A stretch of DNA of 64,000 bases from a virus, in the IMG/VR virus record IMGVR_UViG_3300023184_002781, positions 32,212 to 96,211 of that record, one strand, 5' to 3'. The number at the start of each line of letters is the position of its first letter. Position 1 is the stretch's first letter. Below the pieces are notes generated by a model. The model searched no databases, was not told where the DNA came from, and was given only the letters and a program-made list of their open reading frames with translations. Both the position numbers and the translations under genes were made by a program. This document shows, piece by piece, positions 37,401 through 45,454 of this stretch.

Positions 37401-38772
37401 GTGTAAGGACATTGTTTCCGTTTTGATATATATAAAATATATTAGTAGCTCTAACTACAGCAACATGAATCCACTGATTTAATAAAAATGTAGTAGGTGA
37501 TGTATATGTAATTACGCCAAGTTGTCCTATATTAATATAATTATTACGATGAAAAACATAAAAACCATTAATTGCTGATGATCCGATTAACCAGTGATTA
37601 GTAAGATTATCTGAAGATACAGCATACATCCAAAATTCTACAGTAAAATCAGTAGTAGTTGCAGGCATCGCACCAGCGGAGATACTTAGATTAGATGCTC
37701 CATCAAAATAAAGACTATAATACGGGCCTGGTGCAAATGGATTTAAAGTGCTATTAGTTCCGTTATTATTATTTAATGCAATGATGTTGCTGCTTGAATC
37801 GCCGAACATACTATAAACACCAAATGATCCCGAGGCTGCTAAAAAATTTGTTGCATTTATTAATAACGCATTGTTACTAAAGTATGGATCAGATTGAATT
37901 CTAGGATACAGGTTTGCAGGGATAGCATAGCTTATGATAACAATACCACTACCACCTGATCCGCCAACACCTGTAGTTCCTCCACCACCTCCTCCACCAC
38001 CACCTGAGTTATTAATTCCTGCGTTACCAGCAGCTACAGATGTAGTTCCACCTGCACCACCTCCACCATAACTACCATTATTATATCCAGTGGCATTAGC
38101 ACCGCCACCTCCGCCGCCGGCTAGCCATATTGGAGATCCTGTAATAAGGGTAATCGTACCTGATCCACCTTGCCCTGCTGCGCCAGCGTTTGCAGCACCA
38201 CCAGCTGTACTAGCACCACCACCACCACCTGAATAAGTACCACCATAAGCAAGTCCACCAACATTTCCCTGTGTGCTGGTGCTGGATCCAGCGGATCCTA
38301 AACTCGATGCGCCGCCTCCTGAACCGCCGTCACCTCCAGCCATAGTTAAGTAGCCACCGTAGCCACCGCCTGATGCTGCAAGTATAGTAACACCATTAGT
38401 TACAGTACTTTCACTTCCAGCATTACCTTGCCCTGCGGTGCCAGCGCCGCCAGCACCAATTAATATAGTTAATGTACTGTTAATAGAATACGTTGAAGAA
38501 GTTACAACGCCGCCAGCACCACCACCGCCACCAACATAACTACCATCTAAGCCAGCACCTCCACTACCGCCTCCAGCAACAACCAATACTTGTGCAGTGG
38601 TAGTAGTTACATAGCTAGGTTTAGTAAATTGTCCAGATGATGTGAATACATGGACAGCATAATAACTAGTACCACTAGAATAAAATCCCACAAAATTTCC
38701 ACCATATGTACTGGTAGAAATAACAGGTGGTTCTCTACGTTGTCTTTTAATTACCCCTAAATCATATGGCAT
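25492..38772 (-). CDS. Giant adhesin/fibre protein, 4426 aa: Gly-rich domain plus about 18 LamG/concanavalin-A-like domains
   Basis: 18 copies of a (D/N/S)FT(V/I)ExW-like motif, with WxHVAxxR and GY(I/L)SN(L/F)R(V/I)VKG motifs. Confidence 0.9.
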   Translation of the reverse strand: MPYDLGVIKRQRREPPVISTSTYGGNFVGFYSSGTSYYAVHVFTSSGQFTKPSYVTTTTAQVLVVAGGGSGGAGLDGSYVGGGGGAGGVVTSSTYSINSTLTILIGAGGAGTAGQGNAGSESTVTNGVTILAASGGGYGGYLTMAGGDGGSGGGASSLGSAGSSTSTQGNVGGLAYGGTYSGGGGGASTAGGAANAGAAGQGGSGTITLITGSPIWLAGGGGGGANATGYNNGSYGGGGAGGTTSVAAGNAGINNSGGGGGGGGGTTGVGGSGGSGIVIISYAIPANLYPRIQSDPYFSNNALLINATNFLAASGSFGVYSMFGDSSSNIIALNNNNGTNSTLNPFAPGPYYSLYFDGASNLSISAGAMPATTTDFTVEFWMYAVSSDNLTNHWLIGSSAINGFYVFHRNNYINIGQLGVITYTSPTTFLLNQWIHVAVVRATNIFYIYQNGNNVLTQSWNPTLVSGAVNIGGLPSQGAYHTGYLSNIRATLSAVYTGNFTIPSDPLSTVQNVSNFNISAISSGVTLLTGKFPTQANTIADYSTLTNSVSVVGTTASSLNPLSTNTNYTSIYLPGNSSTPGPASYVLTNVNSNFGFGTADFTVELWHYHQNGSYGILATNATPNVTGININPTDTSIGGNTGGTFATVATYTLPSGWNHIAVVRISGTTTFYLNGVSQGSTSAAYSLDNQQLILGQAYTNDFRFQSGGWWSNVRVITGQGIYTGNFRTPTGPLQTTQSANPYGGSNTAAIVSGVTLLTAKYYTYVQGNTGFVDSGSNNLSITPKGDPGQGTFSPFGNNWSTLFNGTTDHLTIPVIYSSSATLTSLNFGSNNWTIETWAYLTANTGTAYIAGQFNTGNFAPIGLYINSNRPVVSVANTPTAWGIIVSSVTALSTGTWNHIAAARNSTRISLYVNGVEQAYSFSSTPTADLSVNSGLAVTSNLNYSNLNPYDQGSYHSLYFDGASHLNLSANAGYNFGTGDFTMECWIYPLAYVVGSATASEIIDLWSNASGSYIVGQCQIQISSTGLIQFPYATTVSATVTLTSTAIIPLNAWSHVAVVRLGSAVGNLKIYLNGAVVATSGAAVIQVMGTTGVGSIGKQTNVTSIPYFYNGYISNVRIVKGVGVYTGASFLTPQSPLSTIQGSVPTSSLAISTNTTQLLIGRFINQQYFFDDYSSNNSVLTNNGGVSATNLYPPITSTSTFNSMYFNGTNQYLTVPSNTAFSLGTNNFTIEAWIYITGAQTQIYGHNILGTYTPAIVNGWVLLVNRSSGGFGIQWGNGIPTSSLLTTNTYLDTNTWYHIAVVRSTTAAGGLKIYQNGSLVATGTDSTNDTVLQTLYIGAQGTVNCFFPGYISNLRVVKGTAVYTGNFTSPAVQLTNVSGTSLLIAKSAALINEGNIGVNYSIVPNNYITSVVSPTPSTLYPPISSTSTYYNSFLFNGTTQYLSVAVGASTWGTGDFTAECWFYKTAATDGTLLTNADYSGNSYWELFTRLGGTCGFQLRGSTQLYVEGSISISLSTWYHVAVTRQSGLVRLFVNGVLDNSATITTAITARKTIIGSFQYPGFLDYFTGYISNVRLVNSLAVYTGNFNRPTTQLTVTQSANPYGGSNVQAILTASYTSLLTILPTSTSNIVDYSTNTSVITIGTGSVSLSTLDPFSAYTSTNFHSVYFSGNSSLSITSSTGWLVHGDHTVEAWVYLNTSTIADSFISDNNNMLIAGTYDGATTTGWEWTINPYIMVINYRNSGVVTSFGTSQISNLNQLLTDNGGLGLSPANTAVTFIATNPLSRGYGSLNFNGTNAQIKQAASQGFNFGSGSFTVEAWVYYLGTAATTTIIGNQNGPSPGRSWLFSMLTNGFLYFDWSSTGMAGVPGPFVSTSAAPLNQWNHVAFVRNGTVYTFYINGVAAGSGSMTASVAYSGSLAIGYTANETTSGQSFFKGYLSNIRVVKGLAVYTGNFTPTGPLTATQTAGTNIQAILTASYTSILLAASPVYSQTFAINTWNHVAFTRLATTASMYINGVRTTSTQITGYTEQNTLRLGYIGFSTATSTYLTGYISNFRITSGVAIYTGTNFVPPTGILTTQQPLNPYSGTNTNAITFNTSTRILTALFNGVSLISYSTNTNMLIGRAGSAITSMFPGYLSNLRMVNGTAVYTGNFIPPKAPLPIVTNTSLLIAATSRHVDISANNFIVNTGTITSIPAITKFTPYKIPGEYNKSVVGASVYFNTTTAASQNLSLGTPPSLALGSGNYTVELWVYPISYNTVNSALIDWRTNAGTTAGVPVLYLLSTGFIQWQNTGGTGLLTSPDRVPLNTWNHVSMIRNNSMLYMYINGAVTTSTADATALSIQTLFINSPITASNQTLFGYVSNVRIVVGTAVYRPTFTVPTKALTSVTNTVLLILQNNAPEFKDNSVNNFVLNKPSTSTVFQQALSPFGGVGSAYFNGINNYLIVSTGTSTAFAFGSGDFTIEAWVYPVARNIYFGSVIIGSINYPSSTLDWALMITPVGYLNIRYGLIGLQSSIVSSSVVPLSVWSHVAFTRTFGLISLYINGKVVGNNVAGSVISTAAGKLVFNGSTQYLYVSGTNSQFAFGTGDFTVEMWIYQIARSVTNGNIYDSRPAGTGSTANHLVIGVGPAGEFYAGAGTISLNTWYHVAVCRSGTTQTAYVNGVQVNSVTNTTNWLNGTNRPTIGTDGNVPLSSGYTFNGYITNLRVVKGTAVYTSNFTPVVPLSNITNTSMLLLVASDANKIVDSSSSPVTITNVGGVTYSNTGLPSVNLSGGGLTTATSTINVSIGAALTGSTATTFNGYINNIHVIKGLAKYSLGFTPVEGEITTVTNSSFLTLSSTDTTFIDRSLNAFTITNSTTATTFQGFAPFGKNYSTYFNNNYLNIADKSNLDLSNSLGWTIETWVKPAGYYGTDTNSILFAKRNPSSGAPTYNSIYFSNGYLGVSSTYPPFLPYLSGDFTIECWVNFPARPVNNGIFHFSLTDFGNSAGVPYLALAAATGGWIVYYGTGGTYTQLFNTYGSPETLQLNPNTWYHIALVRFGTVLKLFMDGIGYIVSRNDTTDYSLITNLIVGAYVSASYPAQAYISNFRIVSDVAVYTDDNFNLPYPGLETTQIANPDGGINTQAISTSSYTKLLLGQFLGASDSIVDYSDYDLSVTSFGTLAASTILVGYGGSLVFDGVSKYLTVSAGVSTFGTGAWTVECWINIPQSFAAALIIIDTRSGATPFNGVQLAVQTDSSLSWYEGASTLVVATASAVVTTGKWYHIAMVRSGTGTGQCKIYVNGVSKGSGTSTLNHLGYTTYIGRNAAAASNYFAGYISNLRIVTGSAVYTGNFTSPIAQLSRTQTANISGSPSVSIPTPPTASFKFDGGSTQYLSIPNDDSLNMGSSDFTVEAWIYRATPIIPTRSILSKRATTATFAGINLNFATNSLFPQALATLNGTSWGINLTSYIPVSTATWTHIAFTRNNDNWILWQNGTAVASQNFYGVIPTNTATLTIGSGAPVTAAQIFQGAISNLRIVKNIAIYTGNFTPPTTQLTSTQTASTNILAIPNDVVVNSSLDFAPGNPVNPIRYTTVLRPDYDLSYGSFTIECWIYKIDWSGTDYVIWSLGTGPTGAWGGGTARNIAEFYITNNNALGFRSNPNNIIAWAGSYTTVDSVISLNSWTHVAAVRNYPASTFKMYVNGTQQYTTGTIVEPIGSYGYSQIGLGTGNSSGGSSFYGYLTNFRLVKGVAVYTGTFTPPGSPLYTTQASGTNVTGFNTASYTLLLVDRKFEDISIYRAATTDYSGTGIISSLGPFTTNNTGTVLLTAQSYNIVDNSMNRFTITNAGGIIPWTINPLGNTSTTLLINNINTQTGFTDKSLNKFAFGNFGLTNTATTYPFGIKLEPSTSYQGYLSSSTGWIGFYDGTTYSTSTVVLSSSTWNHVAYTYEYPTSSVNIYVNGYRILNTSSVITDSNESLYIGGILGSTEYFNGYMSNFRLIKGSSLYLGPYIGDLPRSLFTTSTDTVPYPTTSTISTSLLILQNGYLKENSINGYSILIGGTGTLRTSAFSPVYLNSNLSMYFNGTTDFLNVYAQGALSFGTGDFTIEVWVYPTAIPTGYAPVIDARTSTAAVPWIVGMITSGGVLKAVFYDGVARTAPTTIQLGIWTHLAWTRTNSTLRVFVNGQLDLTSANNITNMNAQGTTQLIGKLWDGTGYIYQGFMSDLRVVKGTSLYTGNFNPSKLPLTTVVGTTTNLLTTFVDTRAVEYSGNTVVKANTSTLTVGTITKNNVYSISFNGTSDFLSVSSSTGFSYNANDFTWEMWVYPTSPNWASTTTVLLDHAGSAGGLFVSNNRLSYYNASVASSTASFILIVNSSTWTHIAAARSNNVTSLFVNGALATSISDLNNFNISRSLTIGNTSTVANNYFQGYIEDVRITKGLARYTASFVPPIKLSNR

Positions 38773-38794
38773 TTTTCAAAATTCTCATTATCAC

Positions 38795-41700
38795 TTATTT
38801 AACCGGAAGTGCTTTCTGGGATACAAGGAATGTAGCAGTAGTATATCTGGCAACCCCACGAGTAACACGAACTTCATCTATATATCCATTAAAATAGTTA
38901 GCCTGTGCTCCAAAACCTATACGAGTAATTGGATTAATAAAGTTAGGTGTAGCACTAGAATATGTTCCTTCAGTAAAACCATCTAAATATAAAGTAAAAA
39001 CATTTGATAGTCTAACTAATGCTACATGATGCCATGTATTTACAGTAACTAGAGTTGTGCTCCTTATATAATCAAGACCCAACGTACCTACATTTAATGT
39101 ACCTGTATTACCTAGATATATATCAAACCCAGCATTTGCAGTATTAGTGGTACGCATGTCAAATATTGATCTAAATGTAGTTGGTTGTAGATTAGAATTT
39201 GTCCAACCAACAAACGGTAAAACATAGATCCACATTTCTACAGTAAAGTCTGAAATTCCCAATGCATAACTACTAGTAGATACAGGTGTCATAGTTAGAT
39301 AATCAGATACACCTGGAAAATACATAGATTTAGGATTATATTTTACAATATTAGATGCGGTAGTAGCTGTGTTTATTATTGTGATATTATGATTCATACT
39401 AGCATCAATTATTGATACATTATTAAAATTTAATAATAAACTTGTAGAAGTACCGGTATTAATAGATCTTAAAGGTGCAACAGGTGGATTAAATGTTGAA
39501 TTATATAATGATTGTCCTTTTACTATTCTAAAATCTGAAATATATCCTGAAAAATATGAAGCCGCTGTTGGGCCATTTCTACCTATTATTATTTGACCAT
39601 TAGAAAAATTAGTTGAAGAAGTAACGCTCAATGTTAGACTACCATTTTGCCATATTGACATAACGTTACTGGCTCTTGTTACAGCTACATGAGTCCATGT
39701 ATAAGGAGTAATACCTCTAATTGAGTTAGGTGATGTTGTATTACTATAGCTAAACGATAATACCCCGGCAGTACCCATATTCAATGCAAATGAATTTGGA
39801 CGTAGTGAATTGCCGCTAGGGCCGGCAAGATCAAAAATACATTGAGCTGTGGCCGCTGTAGTATATATCCAGGATTCAATGGTAAAATCTGAATCAAGTT
39901 GTAAAGAAGGTATTGATGCAGTTGCCGGGTTATCAAACGTTATTGACCCACTACTTGTAAATGTATATATTCTATAACCACCTGATACTGTATATGTAGG
40001 TGAACCAACTGTGGATGCTGCGGCAGGATAGATGTCTAAGTATCTAATAATAACAACACCACTACCGCCATCACCGCCTGTACCAACATAGTGTCCACCT
40101 CCTCCTCCACCAGTATTTGTAGTACCTGAGGTAGGAGTAGTAACCTGAGTTGGACCGCCGCCTTGACCGCCTCCACCGGACCCACCACTACCGCCACCAG
40201 GAGTTCCTGAAACACCTGCACCAATACCACTACCGCCACCACCTCCTGCATACGTTACGCTTGCACCTGATATAGAATATGCACCACCTGCACCACCTGC
40301 AGCACCTAATATACCACCACCACCACCACTGGCGCCGCCGCCGCCACCGGCGAGCCCACTGCCCGTGCCACCTGCGGTACCAGTGTAACTACCAGCACCA
40401 CCATTATTACCCTGTCCAGAAGTACCAAGTCCGCCTGCTTGCTGGAAAGCGCCGCCGCCGCCTGATCCAGCAGTATTACCAGGTGAATATGCTCCATTAA
40501 GACCAGTAGTGCCAGAATACCCACCACCACCACCACCACCAAGTGAGGTAATTGTTGAAAATGCAGAAGGATTGCCGTTTCCGCCGGGACCACCGGTACC
40601 GTAATTACCGCCCGTACCACCAGCACCCACGGTAACTGTAATTGGTGTACCGGCACTAACTGGAAATCCTATACCTGTTCTAATTCCCCCGCCACCACCT
40701 CCACCGCCGGCGGAGCCGCCATACTGGCCGCCACCGCCTCCACCGCCACCGGCAACTACTAGGTATTCAATCAGAGGAAGTGTTGCCACAGAATTCATAT
40801 AATCACTGGTACCATTAAGAGACACACTACCACCTATAGATATTGGTGTATAAGGATATCCCAATGTAAATGGCGAGTGTCTTTGTACTCTAGGTATGCT
40901 AGTAATAGTGCCAGTAGTTATAGAAATTGAAGATGTACTAATATCAATAAATCTATTAGAATTATTTGTAAGCAATATTGTGTTAGCAGGTGTATTAAAT
41001 GGAGTAACAGGTAAGATAAATGCGCTAGTTGAAATAGGAGGAGGTAGTAATCCTACTAATGTCGGAGTTCCTCCAACTGTGAATGTTGTAGGAGATGATG
41101 AATAATCTGTAAATGTACTAGTTGTTAAAAATATTAAAAGTGTTGTATTGGTAATATTTGTTAAATTTGATGTAGGAACTGTAAATGGTGAGCTGGTATA
41201 AAGTGCTGTACCATTAAGAACTCTTATGTTTGATATCACAGCATTTGGAGTTGAATTAACTTGCCCTAGATAAGTACCTATGTTAACTCCAGTCTCAGTT
41301 ATACTTGTTGCAAACGCAGTTCTATATGATGACACCCCATTTAAATAAAGAGTCATTGATCCTGAATTTCTAACCACGGCAACATGATACCATTGGTTAA
41401 GATTAATCGGAATACTGGTTGTGTATCCTATATTTTGGGTGGATATATACCAATTACCGTTGAAGCCGCCAACTACTAATCCATTAGGAGTTGCAGCTTT
41501 TCCAACAACATATTGGGGCGTACCTCCTGGACTCACTAGCCAATATACCCAAAATTCAATTGTAAAATTACTAGTCCCAAATACCATAGCAGTTGATGTT
41601 GCACTGGTCAAATAACTACTGCCATTTAAATATACTGATGTAGCAGTCGGAGTATTATATATAGCATTAGTTGATACTCTTAAATTACTAATAGAACCAT

Positions 41701-44700
41701 TATAAAATTTATTCCAATGGGCTCCTATTACTATTCCAAGTGTTTGTGTAGAATTAGTTAATGTAGTTGAGGCAGATGCAGTAGATGGTAGAAGACTTCC
41801 ATTTACGTATATTGTCGGCGTACCTGCATAGGATACCCAGGCTACGTGACTCCACGTACCTGTTGATAATGCATTAGTTGCAGTTATAAAATTTCTACCC
41901 ACTGAGTCATTCCAATATAGCATAGGTTTATTACTTGCATCTAATCCTACACTCCATGCTAGACCGCCAGCAGTGGGAGACGCATCACCTAAAATAACAG
42001 TTGCCGTGTTAGATGCTTGAGTATTATTGGGATTTATCCATGCTTCAATAGTAAATGATTTATTAAGTCCAAAAAATGAATTCAATGCAAAACTAGTACC
42101 GGTACTGACAAATGTAAGATAATCTGTACTACCGTTAAATGATGTACTCCACAATGGTCCATATGGACTAAATGTGCCTTGTGCAATTGTAATAGTTGCT
42201 GTATTGATAGTAATATTATTGTAACTATTATCTATTATGATATTATTTGTACCTGTATTTTGACCATACTGACCGGATAATAATAGTGTTGTATTTTTTA
42301 AATATGGATCTGTTAAACCAGTTGGAAATCTAGCAGCATCACCGAGAAATGCTGGATATCTAAATATAGCAATTCCACTACCGCCAGGAGCAGCATTATA
42401 ATTAGCTGCTGATGTATTATTGGCACCACCTCCACCTCCTCCAGAATTAATAAGACCCGAAGTAGCAACTAACAGAAGTCCGTTTAAAGGTGAATAATAT
42501 GCCCCATTGCCGCCACCTCCTGCGCCACCTGGACCTATTGTCCAAGCGTTAGTAGTCCAAGAACCACCTCCACCGCCGCCGCTATATGCAATCATGGCAC
42601 CTGAATGATTAAAATATCCCCCATCCCCCCCGGCACCGGCTGGATTACCGGCCACTGGCCAGGTGCCTTCATTAAGTGCAGGCCCACCAATAGTTGAAAA
42701 TCCACCACCGCCACTGGCCAATGATTGAGATCCTTGGCCGCCTGCTTTTCCTTGTCCCGGTACTGGTGTTCCACCAAAGCCGTTGCCCGCTGCACCGCCG
42801 CCACTACCACCACTTCCGCCATTTTGTTGATAATTTCCACCACCACCGCCACCACCAAATGCTCTAACTATTTCAGTAGATGTAGTAAATGGTGCAAAGG
42901 TTGATACTGTTACTGTACCAGACGTTTGATTTAATACAATAGTAAGGGTTGATGCGTTTCCAATTGTAGCAGTATTAAATGCCAATAATACAGTTTGAGT
43001 TGTTATGGTATTAACGGCAACTACTGATAGTAAATTTGCAGTACCCGGATAGAAAATAGCAGCAGCTTGGGTTGCAGAGGTCACTGTTGTAGGTGGAGTA
43101 AAATTTCCTGTGTATGTGTATAATGCAATACCTTTTACCACACGTATATTACTTAAATAACCATTCATAAAAAACGAACCAACACCGGTAGAAGATCTTG
43201 CAGCAATTCCAAATCCTGTTTCGGTTATGTTATCCACCATATTAGAGAATGTCCAAACCCAAGATCCGTTTATATAAGCATTTATATTGGTACCACTTCT
43301 AGCCCATGCAATATGCATCCATTGTTGAATTTTAATAATAGCAGTGGTGGCACTATAACCAGTACCACCAGTAGTCATATACAAATAATTTGTGTTGAGA
43401 CCGAATGCATATCCAAAAGTACCTGTTCCACTACCGACCGCTTGTTGATAAGTACCATTAGTGGCATTATAATATACCCAATATTCTACAGTAAAATCAC
43501 CAGTACCAAAAGTAAATGCTGGTGAAGTAAGACTATTTAGAAATTGGTTAGTACCATTAAATGATAAACTTCCTGAATAAATACCGGGTCCTAATCCCGA
43601 TGCTGTAACAGCATTATTATTAGTTAAGGTAGCTGTAGTACCTAATGAACTATCATAAAAAGCCCCAGCACCTGTAGAAGTAGTAAGCATCAACAAACTA
43701 GTTGATGTTCCGGAAATTGCCAATGACGGATTGCCATTAACATTGGCATTTTGTGTAGCAGTTAATGGTGCTGATACTCCACTTATTCCCGGATTATAAG
43801 CTGATATACTATTAACTATACGATAATTACTAAGATATCCTGTATAAAAAGAAGAAATTGACCAATCTTGGCTAATACTACCATATCCAATTCTTATATT
43901 TGTATTAGTAAAATTATGGAAATCAACGGTAGAGGTAGTTAAAAAGGTATTTCTATCTTTTATACCATTTATCCAAACATTCATAACACCGTTAACTCTA
44001 GCCACCGCTACATGGCTCCAAACTGCATTGGTAACAGTATTAATACTAGTTATATAAGTAGTACCACTAGTGTATATACCTACATTATTGTATAACCCTA
44101 GATAAACTATAAATCCTCTATTTGGAACATCTCCTCCTCGATTATTAAAATCTCTAGAATCGAATATAGGTCGGTAATTATAAGTAGCGTTTCTTCCATA
44201 TGACGATGTTGGATACATCCAAGTTTCTATACTAAAATCATTAGTACCAAACGAAAATGCTGAATTTGTAGCAGTAATTATACTATTAGCAAAATATGCA
44301 GAATAGTAGGATGATGCATTAGTTGCATTATAAATTATTGTATCGCCGCCATTATTTCCATTGGCCGAGGCCGAGGTTGTAGGATTAAAACTACCGACAC
44401 CCCCGCCTGCTCCGATAGTAACTCCAAAAGTAGTATTAGATGTAATATATCCCGACCCTATGGGATTTGTATAATATCCTGTGTAATTAGTAAAAGTAAA
44501 ACCAGGTACAGTATTAGCAATAGGAGGAGCAAATTTATTTTCTGTTCCTGATCTAAATTGTCCTCTCACTGTGCCGCCGCCGGCCGCCGTACACATAAAT
44601 ATCACCCTTAATGCGCCTATTTTATATGTTCCTGTATTAATTCCAGCGTTACCGGTATCGCTCAATGGTGTACCGTTCCACGTATTATTTCTACCAACCC

Positions 44701-45448
44701 ACCAATACGTTCCTTGGCCACTGTTCATAAATTGACTAGTCCATGCTATTTGCAGGGTATCACCGGGTTGAAATGCCCCTAATGTTACATTGCTTGCTCC
44801 AACGAAACCAGCAACAATACCAGTGCTAAGATTAATATATGGTATGTTATTCCATCCAGACGGAGAACCATCCCTAATTAAACCAATACCAACGTTAGCC
44901 GGACTAACATAGGTTATACCTATCTCCATATAATAGCCCTGTTGGTTCAAATTATTATAAGAACCTGCATCCATAATTGGCGCTGTTCTCGCACCACCAG
45001 TAGTTTGTTGAACAGCACTCCAACTATATAAGAAGGAACCGTTACCACCGGTAAAGTCAGTTTGACCCGGACCATCAACCCATCCACCTACTACATTTGC
45101 TTGAGTTGATGTGGTCACTGCTACAAATGCAGAACTAGCATATGCCCTATTAATGGGAACTAGTGAGGATCCGCTAACTATACCGCCACCTCCTCCACCA
45201 CCAGCACTACTATTAGAAGATTGACCGCCTCCGCCACCACCTGCTACAGCTAAAAACTCTAAATTGTTTATTGTAGATGTAACTGTAAAAAATCCAGTTA
45301 CTGTAAAAATATGTGCAATATAGGTAGTACCACTATAGGTATAAGATGTAATAGTTCCTCCCTGTGCATAGGTACTCGATGTTACATTTGCTGCTGTAGC
45401 ATTTGAAACATAGCGTTGGCGGCGAGTAATACCTAAATCCAGAGTCAT
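38795..45448 (-). CDS. Large adhesin/fibre protein, 2217 aa: two Gly-rich domains, SPRY-like domain, 6 LamG-like domains
   Basis: Six FT/SxExW motifs; YYMEI...GDTLQIAW...WVGRNNTW segment; N-terminus similar to the 4426-aa protein. Confidence 0.88.
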   Translation of the reverse strand: MTLDLGITRRQRYVSNATAANVTSSTYAQGGTITSYTYSGTTYIAHIFTVTGFFTVTSTINNLEFLAVAGGGGGGQSSNSSAGGGGGGGIVSGSSLVPINRAYASSAFVAVTTSTQANVVGGWVDGPGQTDFTGGNGSFLYSWSAVQQTTGGARTAPIMDAGSYNNLNQQGYYMEIGITYVSPANVGIGLIRDGSPSGWNNIPYINLSTGIVAGFVGASNVTLGAFQPGDTLQIAWTSQFMNSGQGTYWWVGRNNTWNGTPLSDTGNAGINTGTYKIGALRVIFMCTAAGGGTVRGQFRSGTENKFAPPIANTVPGFTFTNYTGYYTNPIGSGYITSNTTFGVTIGAGGGVGSFNPTTSASANGNNGGDTIIYNATNASSYYSAYFANSIITATNSAFSFGTNDFSIETWMYPTSSYGRNATYNYRPIFDSRDFNNRGGDVPNRGFIVYLGLYNNVGIYTSGTTYITSINTVTNAVWSHVAVARVNGVMNVWINGIKDRNTFLTTSTVDFHNFTNTNIRIGYGSISQDWSISSFYTGYLSNYRIVNSISAYNPGISGVSAPLTATQNANVNGNPSLAISGTSTSLLMLTTSTGAGAFYDSSLGTTATLTNNNAVTASGLGPGIYSGSLSFNGTNQFLNSLTSPAFTFGTGDFTVEYWVYYNATNGTYQQAVGSGTGTFGYAFGLNTNYLYMTTGGTGYSATTAIIKIQQWMHIAWARSGTNINAYINGSWVWTFSNMVDNITETGFGIAARSSTGVGSFFMNGYLSNIRVVKGIALYTYTGNFTPPTTVTSATQAAAIFYPGTANLLSVVAVNTITTQTVLLAFNTATIGNASTLTIVLNQTSGTVTVSTFAPFTTSTEIVRAFGGGGGGGNYQQNGGSGGSGGGAAGNGFGGTPVPGQGKAGGQGSQSLASGGGGFSTIGGPALNEGTWPVAGNPAGAGGDGGYFNHSGAMIAYSGGGGGGSWTTNAWTIGPGGAGGGGNGAYYSPLNGLLLVATSGLINSGGGGGGANNTSAANYNAAPGGSGIAIFRYPAFLGDAARFPTGLTDPYLKNTTLLLSGQYGQNTGTNNIIIDNSYNNITINTATITIAQGTFSPYGPLWSTSFNGSTDYLTFVSTGTSFALNSFFGLNKSFTIEAWINPNNTQASNTATVILGDASPTAGGLAWSVGLDASNKPMLYWNDSVGRNFITATNALSTGTWSHVAWVSYAGTPTIYVNGSLLPSTASASTTLTNSTQTLGIVIGAHWNKFYNGSISNLRVSTNAIYNTPTATSVYLNGSSYLTSATSTAMVFGTSNFTIEFWVYWLVSPGGTPQYVVGKAATPNGLVVGGFNGNWYISTQNIGYTTSIPINLNQWYHVAVVRNSGSMTLYLNGVSSYRTAFATSITETGVNIGTYLGQVNSTPNAVISNIRVLNGTALYTSSPFTVPTSNLTNITNTTLLIFLTTSTFTDYSSSPTTFTVGGTPTLVGLLPPPISTSAFILPVTPFNTPANTILLTNNSNRFIDISTSSISITTGTITSIPRVQRHSPFTLGYPYTPISIGGSVSLNGTSDYMNSVATLPLIEYLVVAGGGGGGGGQYGGSAGGGGGGGGIRTGIGFPVSAGTPITVTVGAGGTGGNYGTGGPGGNGNPSAFSTITSLGGGGGGGYSGTTGLNGAYSPGNTAGSGGGGAFQQAGGLGTSGQGNNGGAGSYTGTAGGTGSGLAGGGGGASGGGGGILGAAGGAGGAYSISGASVTYAGGGGGSGIGAGVSGTPGGGSGGSGGGGQGGGPTQVTTPTSGTTNTGGGGGGHYVGTGGDGGSGVVIIRYLDIYPAAASTVGSPTYTVSGGYRIYTFTSSGSITFDNPATASIPSLQLDSDFTIESWIYTTAATAQCIFDLAGPSGNSLRPNSFALNMGTAGVLSFSYSNTTSPNSIRGITPYTWTHVAVTRASNVMSIWQNGSLTLSVTSSTNFSNGQIIIGRNGPTAASYFSGYISDFRIVKGQSLYNSTFNPPVAPLRSINTGTSTSLLLNFNNVSIIDASMNHNITIINTATTASNIVKYNPKSMYFPGVSDYLTMTPVSTSSYALGISDFTVEMWIYVLPFVGWTNSNLQPTTFRSIFDMRTTNTANAGFDIYLGNTGTLNVGTLGLDYIRSTTLVTVNTWHHVALVRLSNVFTLYLDGFTEGTYSSATPNFINPITRIGFGAQANYFNGYIDEVRVTRGVARYTTATFLVSQKALPVK

Positions 45449-45454
45449 TGCTTA

